A stretch of DNA of 64,000 nucleotides from Camelus dromedarius (taxonomy: Eukaryota). Under the pieces are notes generated by a model. The model was not told the origin of the DNA. It did no database searches and was given only the letters and a program-made list of their open reading frames with translations. The stretch covers positions 108,378,001 to 108,442,000 of the forward strand of contig NC_087437.1 of NCBI RefSeq assembly GCF_036321535.1. Direction: 5' to 3'. Positions 1 through 13,619 of this stretch are shown here, in pieces. The position numbers and the translations under genes are program-made. Numbering within the stretch: the stretch's first letter is position 1; each line of letters starts with the position of its first letter.

Positions 1-344
1 CTAGCTACCTGTCTGTTCTAACACCACTTGGCCTGTTCATCACCATGGCATCAAATAGGTAAGTCAACTGAAACCCAGGAATCTTCAACAACTTTGAAAA
101 TGGTATCCTATGATACCATGGTGACAATGGCCAATGAGGGAAGTATTTTTAGATGAAAAATTGTATTTAACGAAGCAGAATCAAATTTCTCATCTGTGTG
201 TTCTGTTTACACCTAAGTGCAACCTTATCTGTTTCCAACCTCTCAGCTTGGAGCAGGAATACATGCAAAGCAGTGAGCTCACTTCCAGGTAGAAGAGAAT
301 TAATGTGACAAGATTCCAGTTCCTCCTGGGATCTATATCTGAGC

Positions 345-676
345 ACAGTGGACAAACTTTCTTCTGTTAAGAGCCACATAGCAAACTTTTTTTTTGGTTT
401 CAAGGACAAAGAAATACAAAATATTATGTATATTACTTATAAAGCTAGAGAGAAAACAAATGTCCACAATATTTTTATTGATGAATTTCAAAATATAATA
501 ATTGAGTACTTTTTTGTAACATAAGTCTACTAAAGGAAAAAATGGAATTCTTTTGGAGGAGGATAACATTTCACTTAATGAAGGTCACAAGTAAAAAACA
601 TTCCTAGTTTGTGGGCCATACAAAAACAATCAGTAAGCTGAATTTGACCCGCAGGCCATACTTGTATCCACCCCTG
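345..676 (+). mobile_element. MER58-family (MER58C/D-like) hAT-Charlie non-autonomous DNA transposon
   Basis: 5' end resembles CAGGGGTTGGCAAACTTTTTCTGTAAAGGGCCAGATAG; internal 'ggataacatttcacttaat'; 3' end 'gggccatacaaaaaca...gacccgcaggccata...cccctg' (recalled consensus). Confidence 0.75.
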
Positions 677-720
677 TTGTTTTGTTTTGTTTTGTTATGG
701 TTTGGTTTGGTTTGGTTTTT
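677..720. repeat. (GTTTT)n/(GGTTT)n microsatellite derived from an L1 poly(A) tail
   Basis: Pentamer repeats abutting the minus-strand L1 3' end. Confidence 0.85.
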
Positions 721-776
721 TATTGAAGTATAGTCAGTTTACAGTGTTGTGTCAGTTTCTGGTGTACAGCACAATA
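716..776 (-). mobile_element. Very short 5'-truncated L1 3' terminus
   Basis: Reverse complement 'gtgctgtacaccagaaactgacacaacactgtaaactgactatacttcaataaaaa' matches the 3' end of the full-length L1 in this window; candidate TSD ccctgtt at 672-678 and 777-783. Confidence 0.85.
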
Positions 777-1840
777 CCCTGTTTTTGAGTGTGACTGTAG
801 AGCACTATCCAAATGTCCTCCCATATAGCCACAGGAAAACTTGTGCCTGGTGTTTTAAGGAGGAAATGTGAGATGTAATATTTCTTAGGGAGATAAGCCT
901 TTGTTAATTTAAGGCTGATGAGCAAAAACAGAAGTTGTGGCACCACTGACAGGGGTCACAGTCTAGCAAATTAAAATTTTGAGCCAATAGAACAACAAGG
1001 AGACCCTGAATCATGACAAGAAAATGTGCATGATAAAGGGGCCCTGGGAGAATGAGGCCTTGGTCCAGCCTCCTTTTGTGTGGTTATTCTTAAAGCAAAG
1101 AACTCTAAAATTGTCCTCATGCTATGCAATTGTGTACATTGTTTGCCTTCCTCCAAGGCAGTGTGCCCTGGAGGAGGAAAGTCACATATTCACATTTTTA
1201 TACCAGTTACTATGGTTCTCAAACTTGCAGCCTTTAAAGCTGAGATTCTCCTGCTTGTCCCAAGTCTTGTTCATTCTGTTCTAATTCTTGAGAGGTGATC
1301 AGTTCTCTAAGATAGAAAGAATTGGTTCCCCATGCCAGATATTTTTAAAAATTTTTGGAGGGTAGGACGATAGTGTGGGATTTGGGGAAAGAAGGAACAC
1401 AGACAAGGAATACCCACTTACCAGATACATATTTACTGAATGGACATTCTAGAACTCTTGTGTCATGCCATTAATGGACGAGACACTGATAAGATGCAAT
1501 AAATCTCCAGAGCCTGGTGGGGAACTAAGACTGCAGATCCAGAAGAGTTGCTAAATATAAATGTAGGAAGATTCTAGAAGTAAATTTTGCTTCTAGCAGG
1601 AGCTGTTTTCATGACTGGAGCTAGTCAACACAATGCAACTGCCACCATCCTCCTGAACAGTATTAGTTTTGAGGATACCTATAGGATCACTGAGGGATCA
1701 CAGAACATTGTATTCACTCAAGACATTGGTTGCTTGATACAGAATAAGAGCAGAGCCCATGACTGACTCCGCATCACTTTCTCTGGCTCCCTAGTCATAA
1801 ACCCAACACCTCCTGCTATCATATGAAACTGGGAAAGCTT

Positions 1841-2285
1841 TGTCAAGAATGAAACATATGAGATTTAATCTGACTTGCAACTAGTAGCTTATTAACCCAC
1901 TGTAGTTTCATAAATATGGTCAAAAAACACCAGACTCATAGATCAGAGAAAAACCTTTACTACGCCTGAGCTTCACTTTCCCAAGTGATGCTGCACACAC
2001 AGTAAGTTTGCATCATAAATGAGCAACCCCTTGCTTATGAAATCCCATTTTTTTATAATGAGCTACATGCAAACAGGTCAACCACTGCTCCAAAGGGAAA
2101 CATTACTTTTATTAGACTGAACAGTAAGCACACCTGTCTTCTGCTCCAGAGAGAGAAACTATCTCTATCTTGCAAGGCTGTTTGCTCTATAAACATTTTT
2201 GAAAAGATCATCTGGGATGATAAAAAGATCCTCAGCAACTCTGTTTGCAAGACAAGCAGAAATATAAGAGACCAATGGACTTGCA
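1841..2285 (-). mobile_element. ERV1-class LTR, MER110/MER90-like, diverged
   Basis: Reverse-complement similarity to the LTR at 29097-29650 ('tgtcaagaa...gagatttaatctgacttgcaa'; 'ctatctctatcttgcaaggctgtttgct...gaaaagat'). Confidence 0.6.
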
Positions 2286-2289
2286 TAAA

Positions 2290-2480
2290 GTCTGGGCCTG
2301 TTGAGAGTATTTAACATGCTAATACATTACAATGAGCATATAATGAGACTTAAGGTCCACTGAAAGTGAAATCCTCTGCCATTTTGGGCTGAGTTGGTTC
2401 TAACTAGCTTATGTTGTATCTTCAATTGCTGTGTCATTCTTTTAATAGTTTTGCCCTTCCCCCTTCCCTCCTGTTTCACA
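2290..2480 (-). mobile_element. ERV LTR 5' fragment (family uncertain)
   Basis: Reverse complement starts 'TGTGAAACAGGAGGGAAGGGGGAAGGGC...AAAGAATGACACAGC', an LTR-like TG terminus recalled from laurasiatherian ERV LTRs. Confidence 0.45.
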
Positions 2481-4041
2481 TTTATTCCCTATTGAGCTTC
2501 CAGATAGTAAATAAATTGTATCTAACTAATTCTTACTTTCCACCTTCTTCCCATCACATCAACATTAGTTGATCAATCAGAAACTGAGGCTATCCTCACC
2601 AACATTCTACCCTTTCACCAATGAACTGGAGAAGGTAGGCACTTTCCCATTTCCTTATTATCTATATCATTCAGATAACTTGCAGAAAACAGTCAAACAC
2701 ATAAGTGTAATATGGTTCCAGGACCTAACCTCAGCCTTTGGTTCTACATCAATTGTTCTTTCCTTTCCATCACTCTGTCCCTCAGTGGCATTGCATGCCA
2801 TCCTCTGGCCTCTCAACAAAAATCTAAAATTGTTTACCCCAAGAAAATAAAAATAAGTACAAAACCCAGAAATGTTAATTTTTTAATTGCATCTTAATGT
2901 TTAATAAAGTTCCTACAAGAAAAAATAAATAAACAAAATAAAATAAAATTGTTTTCCCCCTGTGATGAAAAGGAAGTCTTCATCATAGAACTGTGTCTTA
3001 ACTGGTTTTGAAATTACACATTGCTTTTGTAACAACCTGAAAATAAAAGTTAACTTTGTCTTTGGGAATTCAAAGACTGGGGATATCACTAGGCCCTTCC
3101 TGACTGAAATGACTACTATCAAAACAATTTATTACCCTATTTAAATAATTACTGGGGTGGTAGACAATCTAATAAAAAGTTGAATTTTTCCCTTCAGGAA
3201 TTCAGCATGTATAACTCTGGCAGAGGAGGTGGAAAATTGTGCCTTGATTATTGTTGTCAAAGAATCCTGTGATGGAAATGCTCACTGATAAACTAAATAG
3301 TTCAAGATCACAGAGAAATTAGAGAAAATTATGACTTATTAGGCTAAAAAATTTTCAGAAATAAATTAAATGAAATTATAGGGGACAAATTTAAGTATCT
3401 GTTATGTGGAATAAAATAATAGTATTTGAGGAAAAGTCATCAAGGTTGCAATGTTTGGCTTTATCCAACAAAAACCAAAGGGACTGACCATGTAAATTTC
3501 ACTCTTGACCAGTCAGTTGGACTGAATTCTAGTGAGAAAATAGAGGACTGGGAAAAAAAAAAACAACATTTTTTTGTCAAATTTAGAATTGAGACTGACA
3601 AATATGATTGTAAGTTTGGGGGCATTTAGATATTCAGACGTGCAAGGAAATAACTTGGGGTCAAGGTTGATTCAAGTTTTTAGAAAGAAAGGAAATACGG
3701 AATTATATCTACACAACAATCAAATGTTTTTAAATATCTGTAGATAAATTCACTTCGTGTGAGTCAATCAAATTTCTTCTAACAGTTATTCCAGCACAGG
3801 GAGAAATAAAAGGGTTTAAGACTCAAAGAATCAGGAGTAAGACATTATAAAGTGAACATTTAAATAACGTTTGGATGTGTGTGTTCAGAAACTAGAACTG
3901 TATATGCTTCTTAAGACTTTTATAAATAGACAGCATTGTTGCATTGAATTGGATCTTCTCTCAGATGCATTGCGCAGAAGCACATACATCCCCTGAATTT
4001 TCCTAACCTGGTAGAAGCACTTGTGGCTACTGAAGGAAAGA

Positions 4042-4250
4042 GCATGGGGTAGTGAATAGTCTCTGGACTAGGATTCCAAAGACTTGGCTTTGATTCAGGC
4101 TCTCCCATTTGTTACGTAGGTGCCTTTGTGTGAGTTAATAAAATCCTCTGTGTTTAAATTTCTCTATCTCTTTACTAGATAGCATGTATCACTAAAGGAT
4201 ATTGATGTGATGATTTAATGAGATTATTTACCTACGTAAAAAGCGTCAGC
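4042..4250 (+). mobile_element. MIR SINE
   Basis: MIR-like order: 'gcatggggtagtgaatag..ctctgga...gacttggctttgattcaggctct...ctctgtgtttaaatttctctatct...gatttaatgagat'. Confidence 0.65.
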
Positions 4251-4263
4251 AGGTAATAGATTC

Positions 4264-4742
4264 TGTATCCGTCAGAGTTTCAGGAAACGAATAGTAGCTC
4301 CAACAAGGTCATTCAAAATAGGTAAATGAAGGAACTATTTACAAAGAGTGGCCAAGGTTAAAAGAAATCAGAAAAGAACACTGAAGCACCCCAAGAAAGA
4401 AAAATGAGGAGCTAAAAATGAAGTGGGAAGTAAGGACGTGTTTCCAGAGCCCAGCAAGCTGTGTCTTCAGTGATAAGTATAGCAGTGACTGCTTGCCTAG
4501 AAACTGGTGACCTGCAGTAAAAGTGAGAAATCAGTATTACCCTGCAGCCCAGAGGGGAGACTGCTCAGGGAATCTGCATCCCACCCTCTCTTCTACCATC
4601 TTCAGATCTCTCCCTGGACTCTCCCATTGGCTGTGCTCAACTGGAAATCAGAACGCAAGGATGCAATGGGCTTACTCATCGCAGAAGTTATAGGAGGAGA
4701 AGGAAGAGAAGTAAATTATAATGGCAGACCCACACACACATT
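4264..4742 (-). mobile_element. ERVL LTR33-like solo LTR
   Basis: 'tgtatccgtcagagtttcaggaaac...aaggaactatttacaaag...ctcccattggctg..ctcaactggaaatcaga' resembles LTR33; a paralog lies at 13620-14115. Confidence 0.6.
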
Positions 4743-5589
4743 TCACACTCAGGAGTTTGGAAACACAGACAAAACTGTGTGAAAACTGAGAGACGGGAAA
4801 GAGGTGAAATGTTTGGTAGGGCCCATTCTCCCCTGAATGCAATCCCACATTTTAAGGAGGTAAGACCTGGACAGTTATAAACTAAGATGAATGATTAGCA
4901 ACTTGTCCATGGAGCAAACTCCATGACTTTTTGTGTATTGTTTGTTTTGTATTATAGGTTTGTTTTTTCAATTATAGCTTCCATTTATTGAGTACTTAGT
5001 ATGTGCCAGGCAATAAGTAATCTGTATATTTTTTCCTTAATCCTCATAAGGGCCATATTAAGCAAAATTAAGACTCAATTTCAAAATGAAATGCACTTGA
5101 CTGTCAGTAAAAACATATTCTTGGTTTGAAAGTTGTTGGATTGAATCAAGCCACAAGTAAACCATCAACCTCCCCACCCAAGGATTGATTTCTGAATGTT
5201 CACAGAAGAGACAGTGAGCTTCTTTACAAAACATACCTCAGATTTACTCTTTCCACAAAGCTGGTGTCATCAAACCAGATTGCAGTTACAGGGTTATCCT
5301 TTTTTTCAGCTCTCAATTCATTTTACTTATGAAGCATTAACTGAGCATTGATCCTGTGTGGGAAGATGTTAGGCCTTGGGGCCCCTGGAACATAAAGATA
5401 AATATATCTCAAGTCCCATTTATAGAGGGGCTCACACCTGAACGAGCGTGCATGCTCAAATGTGTGGTATTTCAATCAGTGTTGGGACACAGTCTGAGGT
5501 TGTTCCCCACATCCCCTCCCCTTGCTCCCACACACAAGAATGTGGTGGCATGAACTGAGCTCTTTGTTTTCGTAAATTTATCATCACAC

Positions 5590-6065
5590 GTTATATCACA
5601 GCTCTTTTGTTGTAAGCAATGAAAGGCCTATACAAATTATTACAACTTCAAAAGAGGAATACATAACTCAGGTAGCTGGTAATACCATTGCTATAACTCA
5701 TAAGATGGAAGGAGGACCTGCGGGACCTTTATAACCCATCTCCCCACTTGGGTTTTCATTGGTTTCTTTCTGTGGGCAGCTCCTCCCCATTTAGCAGGAA
5801 ACGTGTTGGCCAGCAACCGAGTTTCACATCCTCCCAAATGAGTTTTTTCTCTACATCTTGACATGTCAACCGACAAAAAAAAAAAAAACAAAAAAACTCT
5901 AGTTGGTCTTACTTGGGACATATGGCAACCCTGGGCTATTTATTCCAGCAAAGTCTGAGTGACAAGTGGACAGAACACCCACAGGAGGCTGAGAGGCAAG
6001 GCAGAATGGGCTTGTCAGGGCACGTGACCAGAAGGAAGAAGCAGGTATTCTGAGAACACAGCCTA
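5590..6065 (-). mobile_element. Old MaLR LTR (MLT1J/K/L-like)
   Basis: 'ctcttttgttgtaagcaatgaaa' and 'ctagttggtcttacttgggacatatggcaaccctg' motifs; highly diverged. Confidence 0.4.
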
Positions 6066-7954
6066 CTAGGATCACTCAAAGTCTGAAAGCCATTATGCTA
6101 TATAAATATTCTGCAAAATGAAACATTATACATTAGTCCATCATGACTCACATTTTTGTCCACTATTCAAAAGCCTGGAAAGTGGTAGAAAATAGAAAGA
6201 TTGAAAACCTGTTTTAAGAATAAAATGTATGAAGTAGGATTGCATGATCTGTTTCCATTCTTGTTAAAATCACTTCTATAAGGATTATATATGTTTTTAC
6301 TCTAGCCTGTTTCCACTACAGTCTGGCATGTAAACTATGCCCAACTCTTATATTTTGTGAACCAGAGACCTTGCTCATTTTAATTGCCTTAGACTTTGAG
6401 ACATCAGCCATCACAAATGCCTCCCATATTTTTCTCTGGCCAAAAACTCTGTACACTTTTCAGTTGGAAACCCAGTTTAAGCTACATCCCTGCAGGCTGC
6501 AGGATCTTTCCAGCCAGAAGATCAGAAGGAAGAGGAGGGTGGGGTGAGAGGTGATCAAGGGAAAGGTCTGATGGTGACCGAGCTTAGAGCAGTCACAACT
6601 TCCTCTTTATTATTTAGTGTTCTGTTTTCCTTCCCTGTGTAGCTCTATCTCCATTAATACTTATGTTAAAGGAACAGAAATGTGTTTATGATGTCCTTGG
6701 ATAGCTTTTAATGTGAATTAGCTCATTGGTAAATAACATATATCTCTCCATCATCACATAGCATATGCAGCACATGAAGCAAAATAGAAACTTCATGGAG
6801 ACATGACTTAATCATTTCTACTTTATTTCTCACCTGAGTGACTTAAATGTAGTTATCCCATTTTTCTCATTAAAAATGTGTAATATTGAGAGGTAAAAGA
6901 AAGAGGAAAAGAGAGAATGTAAAGGAGGGGAGGCATGTCGGTCCATTTGCGTTTCTGGATCTCTTATCGCCCTCATCATCCTACCAGAACTTGGCTTATA
7001 TAATCACTTTGTCATGGTGGCATCTCCTACTCTCTAGTGATAAATATTCATCTCTTATCTTCTGATCTTTTGTAATCTGCCCCCATGAGACCAGGCAGAC
7101 CTAGAGCAGAGACTATGAATGACTTGTGACATAATTTAACAAAGAATCCAGGAATACCTTGCAGGAGCCCCATATTCACTGAAACTGAGTGTTTACAGAT
7201 CTGAGTTCTATTTCAGTATAATCCATAATCTTTGGAATCCCTTAAACCTAGTCTAATTTTGTGCACCACAAAGGCCTTGTTCACCAGGGAAAGCACTGTT
7301 TGATAAGAAACAAGTAAAGCATATAGGGCACATGTGCAGTAATAATTCAGAAAAGGGAAACAGCACTGTTGTGACAGCACAGATGAGGTTATCAGTGTGG
7401 TACCAGGGTCAAAAGAGTCAGCACGCTCAAGGTAGTAGCCACCAGCCCTTGATCAGCAATTTCCAGTTAGTCACAGTCATGGCCAAGTGCAGAGGGCAAA
7501 GCATGAAACACATATCAGCAATAAGTCAGGGGCAGAAAAATGGAAAAGTTAAAATAATAATAATAATAATGTGACTTGGAAACCAGAGAGAAAACCAGGA
7601 ACACAGGTCACAGCTGGGAGAAATGAAGCTAAAAGTGGAGAAAGCATGGAGGAGCTGAGTCACAGGCTAAGGAATGAAAGCCAGGGCACAGAGCATGGAA
7701 CAGCGTGAGTCAGTCATCCTGCGGATAACGAGCAAGGAAGGAGCTGCCTTGGGAGGCGCTGCATAGCTCTGCCTCCCAGTTGCAGCCTAGCAGTAACCTG
7801 GGGCTTCTTTGGGGCCCACCATCTGACCCTTGAGGGTCCAGAGGACACAAGGACCCCAGTAAAAGTGGCTTTAAAGAATCCCAATCCCACCAGAGGAAGG
7901 AGGGAAATTATTCCAAAATGTGTTCGTGTGACAGAGAAACAAATTGCTCTGAGA

Positions 7955-8139
7955 GCAGACATTGTATGATTTCTATTCTTTTAAATTCAAAGTGTGTCTT
8001 ATGGCCCAGAATACAGTCTATCTTAGTAAACCTTCCACATGAGCTGGAGAAAACTGTGTTTTCTGCTGATTTTGGATGAAGTAGTCTATAGATGTCCATT
8101 ATATTCAGTTGACTGACAATGTTGAGTTCAACTATGTTG
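7955..8139 (-). mobile_element. Ancient L1 ORF2 fragment (endonuclease region)
   Basis: ORF 7908-8099 reads MDIYRLLHPKSAENTVFSSSCGRFTKIDCILGHKT, matching the L1 endonuclease motif DIYRTLHP...YTFFSS.HGTFSRIDHILGHK. Confidence 0.85.
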
Positions 8140-8200
8140 AAAGAAGGAAAGAAGGGAGGGAGGGAGGAAGGAAGGAAGGAAGAAAGAAAGTAAGGAAGAA
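8140..8200. repeat. (GGAA)/(GGGA)/(GAAA) purine microsatellite
   Basis: Seen directly. Confidence 0.9.
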
Positions 8201-9152
8201 CTTGAGGAGGCAGATGGGTTCAAATGTCAGAGGATTAGACTTCTAGGTTGAGGAATTATGTCAGCAAATTCAAACCCTGAAGGTTCTTTAGAGGAGTAGA
8301 GTAATCTCATAACAAGCAGAATTGTGTGCATTTTTTTTAAAAAAAGGATTGTCTATTGTACTTTGAACCTCTATTTCATTTATATTTAAAATGTCTGATT
8401 TAATTGTTGCACAGTAAAATTTAAAGGTCACATAACATAGTAGAATTCATAAATCTTATAAAATGCTATGATAATACAAAGCTAAAACCATCAGTAAAGA
8501 GATGAATTCTTTCCCAACATTTTCCAAATTTGTTTCCTCAAGTTGTTAATATATAATAAATATATAATTAATAATTCAAATGTATTCTTATATATTATGT
8601 ACATATATTATGAGAGTGTGTTTTCCAGTAAGTTTGAGAAACACTAGGAAAACATTTAACAGGTTTCCTTACTTCAGAGCTAATGCTATTTACAGCTCCA
8701 GGAACGGGATCTATTTGCATACTTCTCCCAAATTGTCTGACCCTGCACAGTTTGTTCTTGAAATACCTAGTGACATCTTTCCTGGACTTAGTATTTTATT
8801 AGAACATCAGTTTGGAAGATTCCATTTTAGTTTACTGGTTTGTTGCTAAGAAACCAAGCAGTTTGACTTATTCTGTTCACTGAATGGGAGGGTTTGGAAT
8901 GAAGGAACTATTCAAGGGGGCAGAATCCACCATCTCCAAATTGCCAAAATCTTGGTATTGTTCCTAAGAAAATGTTTCATCACACTGCACCAAAGGTCTT
9001 GTGGAGAGAATGATGTCCCTCTGTCAGGATTCTGAAAGCACAGCAGGATCTTTTGCTGTCTTGTGGTAATTACTTCCAAATTCCATTTTAAAACTACCTC
9101 TTAACAGGTGGCCACATAAGTATCTTACTCAATGAGTTTATTTTCAGACACT

Positions 9153-9186
9153 AAAAAACAAAAACAAAAACAAAACAAAACAAACA
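9153..9186. repeat. (CAAAA)n-type microsatellite
   Basis: Seen directly. Confidence 0.85.
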
Positions 9187-11099
9187 CTGTGATACAAACC
9201 TCGGGATGCTTCCTGGATTTCTTTTAACCTTGATCATGAATCAATGAATTGTGCCAACTCTTGGAGTCCCAGTCTACAAAATGAGTTTAATAATCCCTAT
9301 TCTTCCACTAAAATGAGACAAGGACATGAGAGTTTTTGTAAATTGCTTAACTCTATGCAGATGTAAACGGTATTAATCAGTAACTTTTGGTGTAAACAAT
9401 ACATTTAGCGCCTTATGCAACTGAGTAGCCTAATCATTGAAATAAGTTTATTCACCTAAAAAAATGCATATACTCTTTGCATATGTATCTACATTAAAAC
9501 CAAGCTCACATGGATAAGAAAGATAGAAGTCAGAGTTCCCATAGATTGTCAGTTGAACTTAAGTCATATTGTGTAAGACCTGCTTGGGTATCAGGTTGGG
9601 ACAATTTGTCCATTCACCTATAATCTCTGGAGGAAAAAAAAACAAACAAACAGGAATTTTTCCCCTTAAGGTTGTGTTACTCACATCACCTCGTAAACAT
9701 TTGATGTAACTGATTCACTCATGCTGTTAGCTCTAATTTCTTGTTTCCCACATCCCTCTATAAAATCATGACTGGGAAGCAAAGGGAGAGGATTGGATAC
9801 AATGTCTGTGACACAAAATCTAGACTCATAATTGACCCAAGCACAGATTCTGAGTATTTTTATGTTACTCTGCAAATTAAAAGCTTGCTGTTGACGCACA
9901 CAGTCAATAAATCAAACATAGAATCTTGGATTCCTTCCTCAGTTGTCCTTTTCACCAGAAATCCCCATATTCCAAACTCAGCTCAATGAGACCTCAAATC
10001 TGTAGCCAATTTAATTATGGGCCACTCACTGTTGTTAAAAGTGTCACAGCTGAATGTGAAAAACTGATGTTAGACGAGGGCACTGTTCCTCAGGCGCTTT
10101 TATCTAATTTCTAAAAATGTAGTTGATAGGGTTTGGGGTTTTGTTTTGCCTATTCCTAAGACTCTTAAGAAAGAAAAACTGCCAACATTTGCAGCCGGAA
10201 TTTAAAAACAAACTGAGCAACACACCAAAACATGGTTTGAACTTACTAAGTAGCTAAAAAGTCATTCATTTCCACCCACCCCCCAAAAAATTAGTAACCT
10301 GAAAATAAGTATCAGGCAGAACTTAATCTATAGGTTTTCTAAAGCTCAAAAACTAAAACAAAAGGAGAAGATCCCAATATTTTACAAACATAACCTAGAC
10401 AGTTCATTTGGTTAAGTCCCTGATTTATAGACATTATAAACAACTGGGCAAAGCCATAGACTGCTGGAATGTCTTCAAAAGAATGATGCAAATGGCAGGA
10501 AGAAAATTAATAAGCACCAGATGCATGCATGAGCATTCAGTGTAACTGGCCGTGAGTACAGCATGTGCTGTTTTGTTTGTGATGTGTCTCCTTCCCACAT
10601 GCGGGATTTGTAGATATCATACCCCAAATCACCATCGCAAAAGAACCTTGGCTTTTATCGATAACTATAATTTTAACAGAAGTGAGAGGGACGAGTTCTC
10701 AGAATGAGAAAATATATTTTTCCTCTCAGCAGAACACCCCCTTTCCTTCAGAAACACGCAAGTCATGGGTAACAAAAAACAATGGTTCGCCAGCGAATCA
10801 ATCAGCTGAGGCAGGCAGCTGTGGGTTGGTTTTTAAATGTGCAAATCAGTTCCATCCATGGCCTCACTTTTGTTTCAAAGCATTTGTTTCTGATATATTG
10901 AGGGGAACCTTCCAACCAAAAGTCTTCTTCTTGACTGTGAACAGACCCTGCCTCCACTCTCTGTCTAAACTTTCACCATTTCCACGTCCAGTCACTTATA
11001 AAAGGGATATAGAACTAAGAGAGATGCAGCTGGGGTTGAAAAAAATAATCAGATGGAATGTGCTGGTCTCCATTAAATAAAAGGTTGAAGACTGTTGTC

Positions 11100-11800
11100 T
11101 TTTTAGTCTTTATTCATAAATTCTAAAAAATATGCAGTCAGTGCCTACTGGGCACCAGGTACCTGGAACTGAGGGGCATAATTATGAGAATGAGAACCAC
11201 AGTTCCAACTTCACAGAATTTGCAATCCAGTTAATAAAACCTAAAGATAAAAATATATTGAATAGGGGTAAAAATAAGAATTGACGTTTATTTAAAATAT
11301 AGATTTATTTAAACATACATATTATTTATGTATGTTCAGTAAATTAGTTTCACATCCAACTAGTCTTACTAATTCATTTGATGTTACTCATTCAAACAGT
11401 CACATATCATTTACTCAACAAACACGTATTCTGCCAGATGCCAGCATCTTCAACCCTGAGGTAGATAAACAGAGGCACACATATCTTAGCTTTGAAAAGT
11501 TCAAATCAACCAAATGAGATAGACAAGCAAAACTGTACTAATACAATGTGGTAAGTGCCAAGCACGTAGTAGGTATAGAAAAGGAAACATGCTCTGGCTG
11601 TAGCAAAATTGAGACCAAACAGCTATGTGGCTGGAGAGGAACTGACTAACTCTGCCTGATAGGGCTGGGAAAGTTTACACAGAGGAAGCGGCATCTGACT
11701 TGAGTTTTAAGGGATGAATACATAGTTCCCAGACGGCAAAGAGTAAAAATGCTGTGTTGGGAAGAGGCAAGATCACAAGTAAAGGCGAGGAGACCCCATT
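11100..11800 (-). mobile_element. L2 LINE 3' fragments (two pieces, ~11100-11230 and ~11380-11800)
   Basis: 'gtgcctactgggcaccagg', 'tttactcaacaaacacgtatt', 'aatacaatgtggtaagtgc', 'ttgagttttaagggatgaata' are typical of reverse-strand L2. Confidence 0.6.
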
Positions 11801-12812
11801 AAAAAGGTGTTGAATAATCACTCTTGCCGTCTCAGGCTCTCTTTGTGTGAAATTCTACTTCAGTTGGATTTACTCCATGTGCTGTGTCCTCGGGGGGAGT
11901 TTTGGTTTCTGTGCAAATGCATTTAGGTTCTTTCTGCTGTAGATAATTAGAGAAATAGGAAACTGGAAGTTGGGGGAAGGAAGCAGCAATAAATCATAAA
12001 GCAGAGAAAGAAGAGAGGCAATGCAATAAAACTGGAGGAGAGAGAAGGAAAGCTGAGAGAAGGCTAATCCCGAGCCTTGTGACCGCGCCTTTTGGTTTAT
12101 GGGTGGAAACATCCCCGAGGTTATGAATGGGGAGGGACTTTGTTACGTGGCTCTCACGTTCAAAATTAGCACCACTCAGCCCTGCATTGGGAAATGGAGG
12201 TTGAGAAATAAAGACTACCCCAAGCTTGTTTTCCAGCTCAGGTGTGCACATGAACGTGTGTGGAAATACGGTGACACCAACAGTGATGAAAGGTAATTTC
12301 AAGTCATAAAACCGAAAGGCCTTGGAGATGTGGATGGCAGACAGACACAGGAAAACTGCACTCTGTATTCACAGCATTAAGAAAAACAAATTTATAAGGA
12401 TTATATTCAAAATATGGAGAAAAGAGATACTGAAAGCTCCTGGTGATCAAAGGAGGATATGTGAACAGGCATTCATTCTGTACTATCCATTACCAAGTGA
12501 AGGTACATGCAATGGTATGCTCTGTGGTTGTTTTTGTGGTGCTATTTTCATAAACAGGAACTAGAGTCATCAGAATTTTGACGGGTTCACTCATGATCTC
12601 ATTTCCCCAACTTTATTTTTCCCTATTGGATCGTAAGTTTCTCACGTAAGGTTTAAAGACATCTAACCCTAGGTATTGAGAAAGAAACTACTGTATTATT
12701 TTCAGCTAAATTCACCACATCTCATTTGGCTATACACAGAAGGCCTCAGGGGAACAGCAAGAAATAAGTTTGGCAAAGGGAAACCAAAGAGTTTGAAATT
12801 TATCCCATAAGG

Positions 12813-12815
<3 letters not shown>

Positions 12816-12845
<30 letters not shown>
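12816..12845. repeat. Pure poly(A) run, 30 nt
   Basis: Seen directly. Confidence 0.9.
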
Positions 12846-12848
<3 letters not shown>

Positions 12849-13619
12849 AGAAAAAATTGTAAGTAACTCTGTCTTGAAAATAATTGTTTATTACTGCCTT
12901 CTCCTCTTCACTATTGAAGGTTTTATACAATGCTATCTTTAACATATGTTGAGGCTTCCTCAAAATACAATAGAAAATTTATCTTTGATTGAAAACGTAT
13001 GCACTAAGGAAAGTGATATTGCATGTGTACAAATACAAAATAACCAATTTTCTAAGTATAAGCATATTAATTCTTCAAACTGGAATGTAATCTACTTTGA
13101 GGTGTCTTAGTTGCAAAAGAAAAAAGTCGTTTTTAGCTACATGCATTACTTTTTAGACAAATAGAAATTAAGCAACCTATTTGCCAGAGATTCAAGATCT
13201 CACTCCTGACTCATGCCAAGTGCATTTAAGAGATAAAAAGAAGGAAGTTGCTTTCTGGCATGACACACCAATCATATGTAAACCATATACAGTAGTGGTC
13301 TTCCTAGTGCCAGAGTAGCACAAAGCCACATGAAATCAATCAACACCATGATGACATCCTCTTCTCAAAACTCCCCTTTTGTTCCACAGCCATCAGACAC
13401 TGTGATCTTTAAAGCAGTTTTCCCCACTCTGTGCTGCTAAGTGAACCATATCCTGTACTAAAATAATTTACTTTTTAAAATTCTCATTCATATTGTTGAA
13501 AGAAAATAAAACATACTGGTTTATTCCTTCAGTAGTCATAGTAATTAACACTAATATTATCAACTAATTTATAGACTATCCATTTAAAAATAAGCTTATG
13601 GTTTATTGTATGTCTTCTT

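Noticed and set aside
7090..7720. Possible very old LTR fragment
   Set aside because: Too diverged to assign a family or boundaries by eye.
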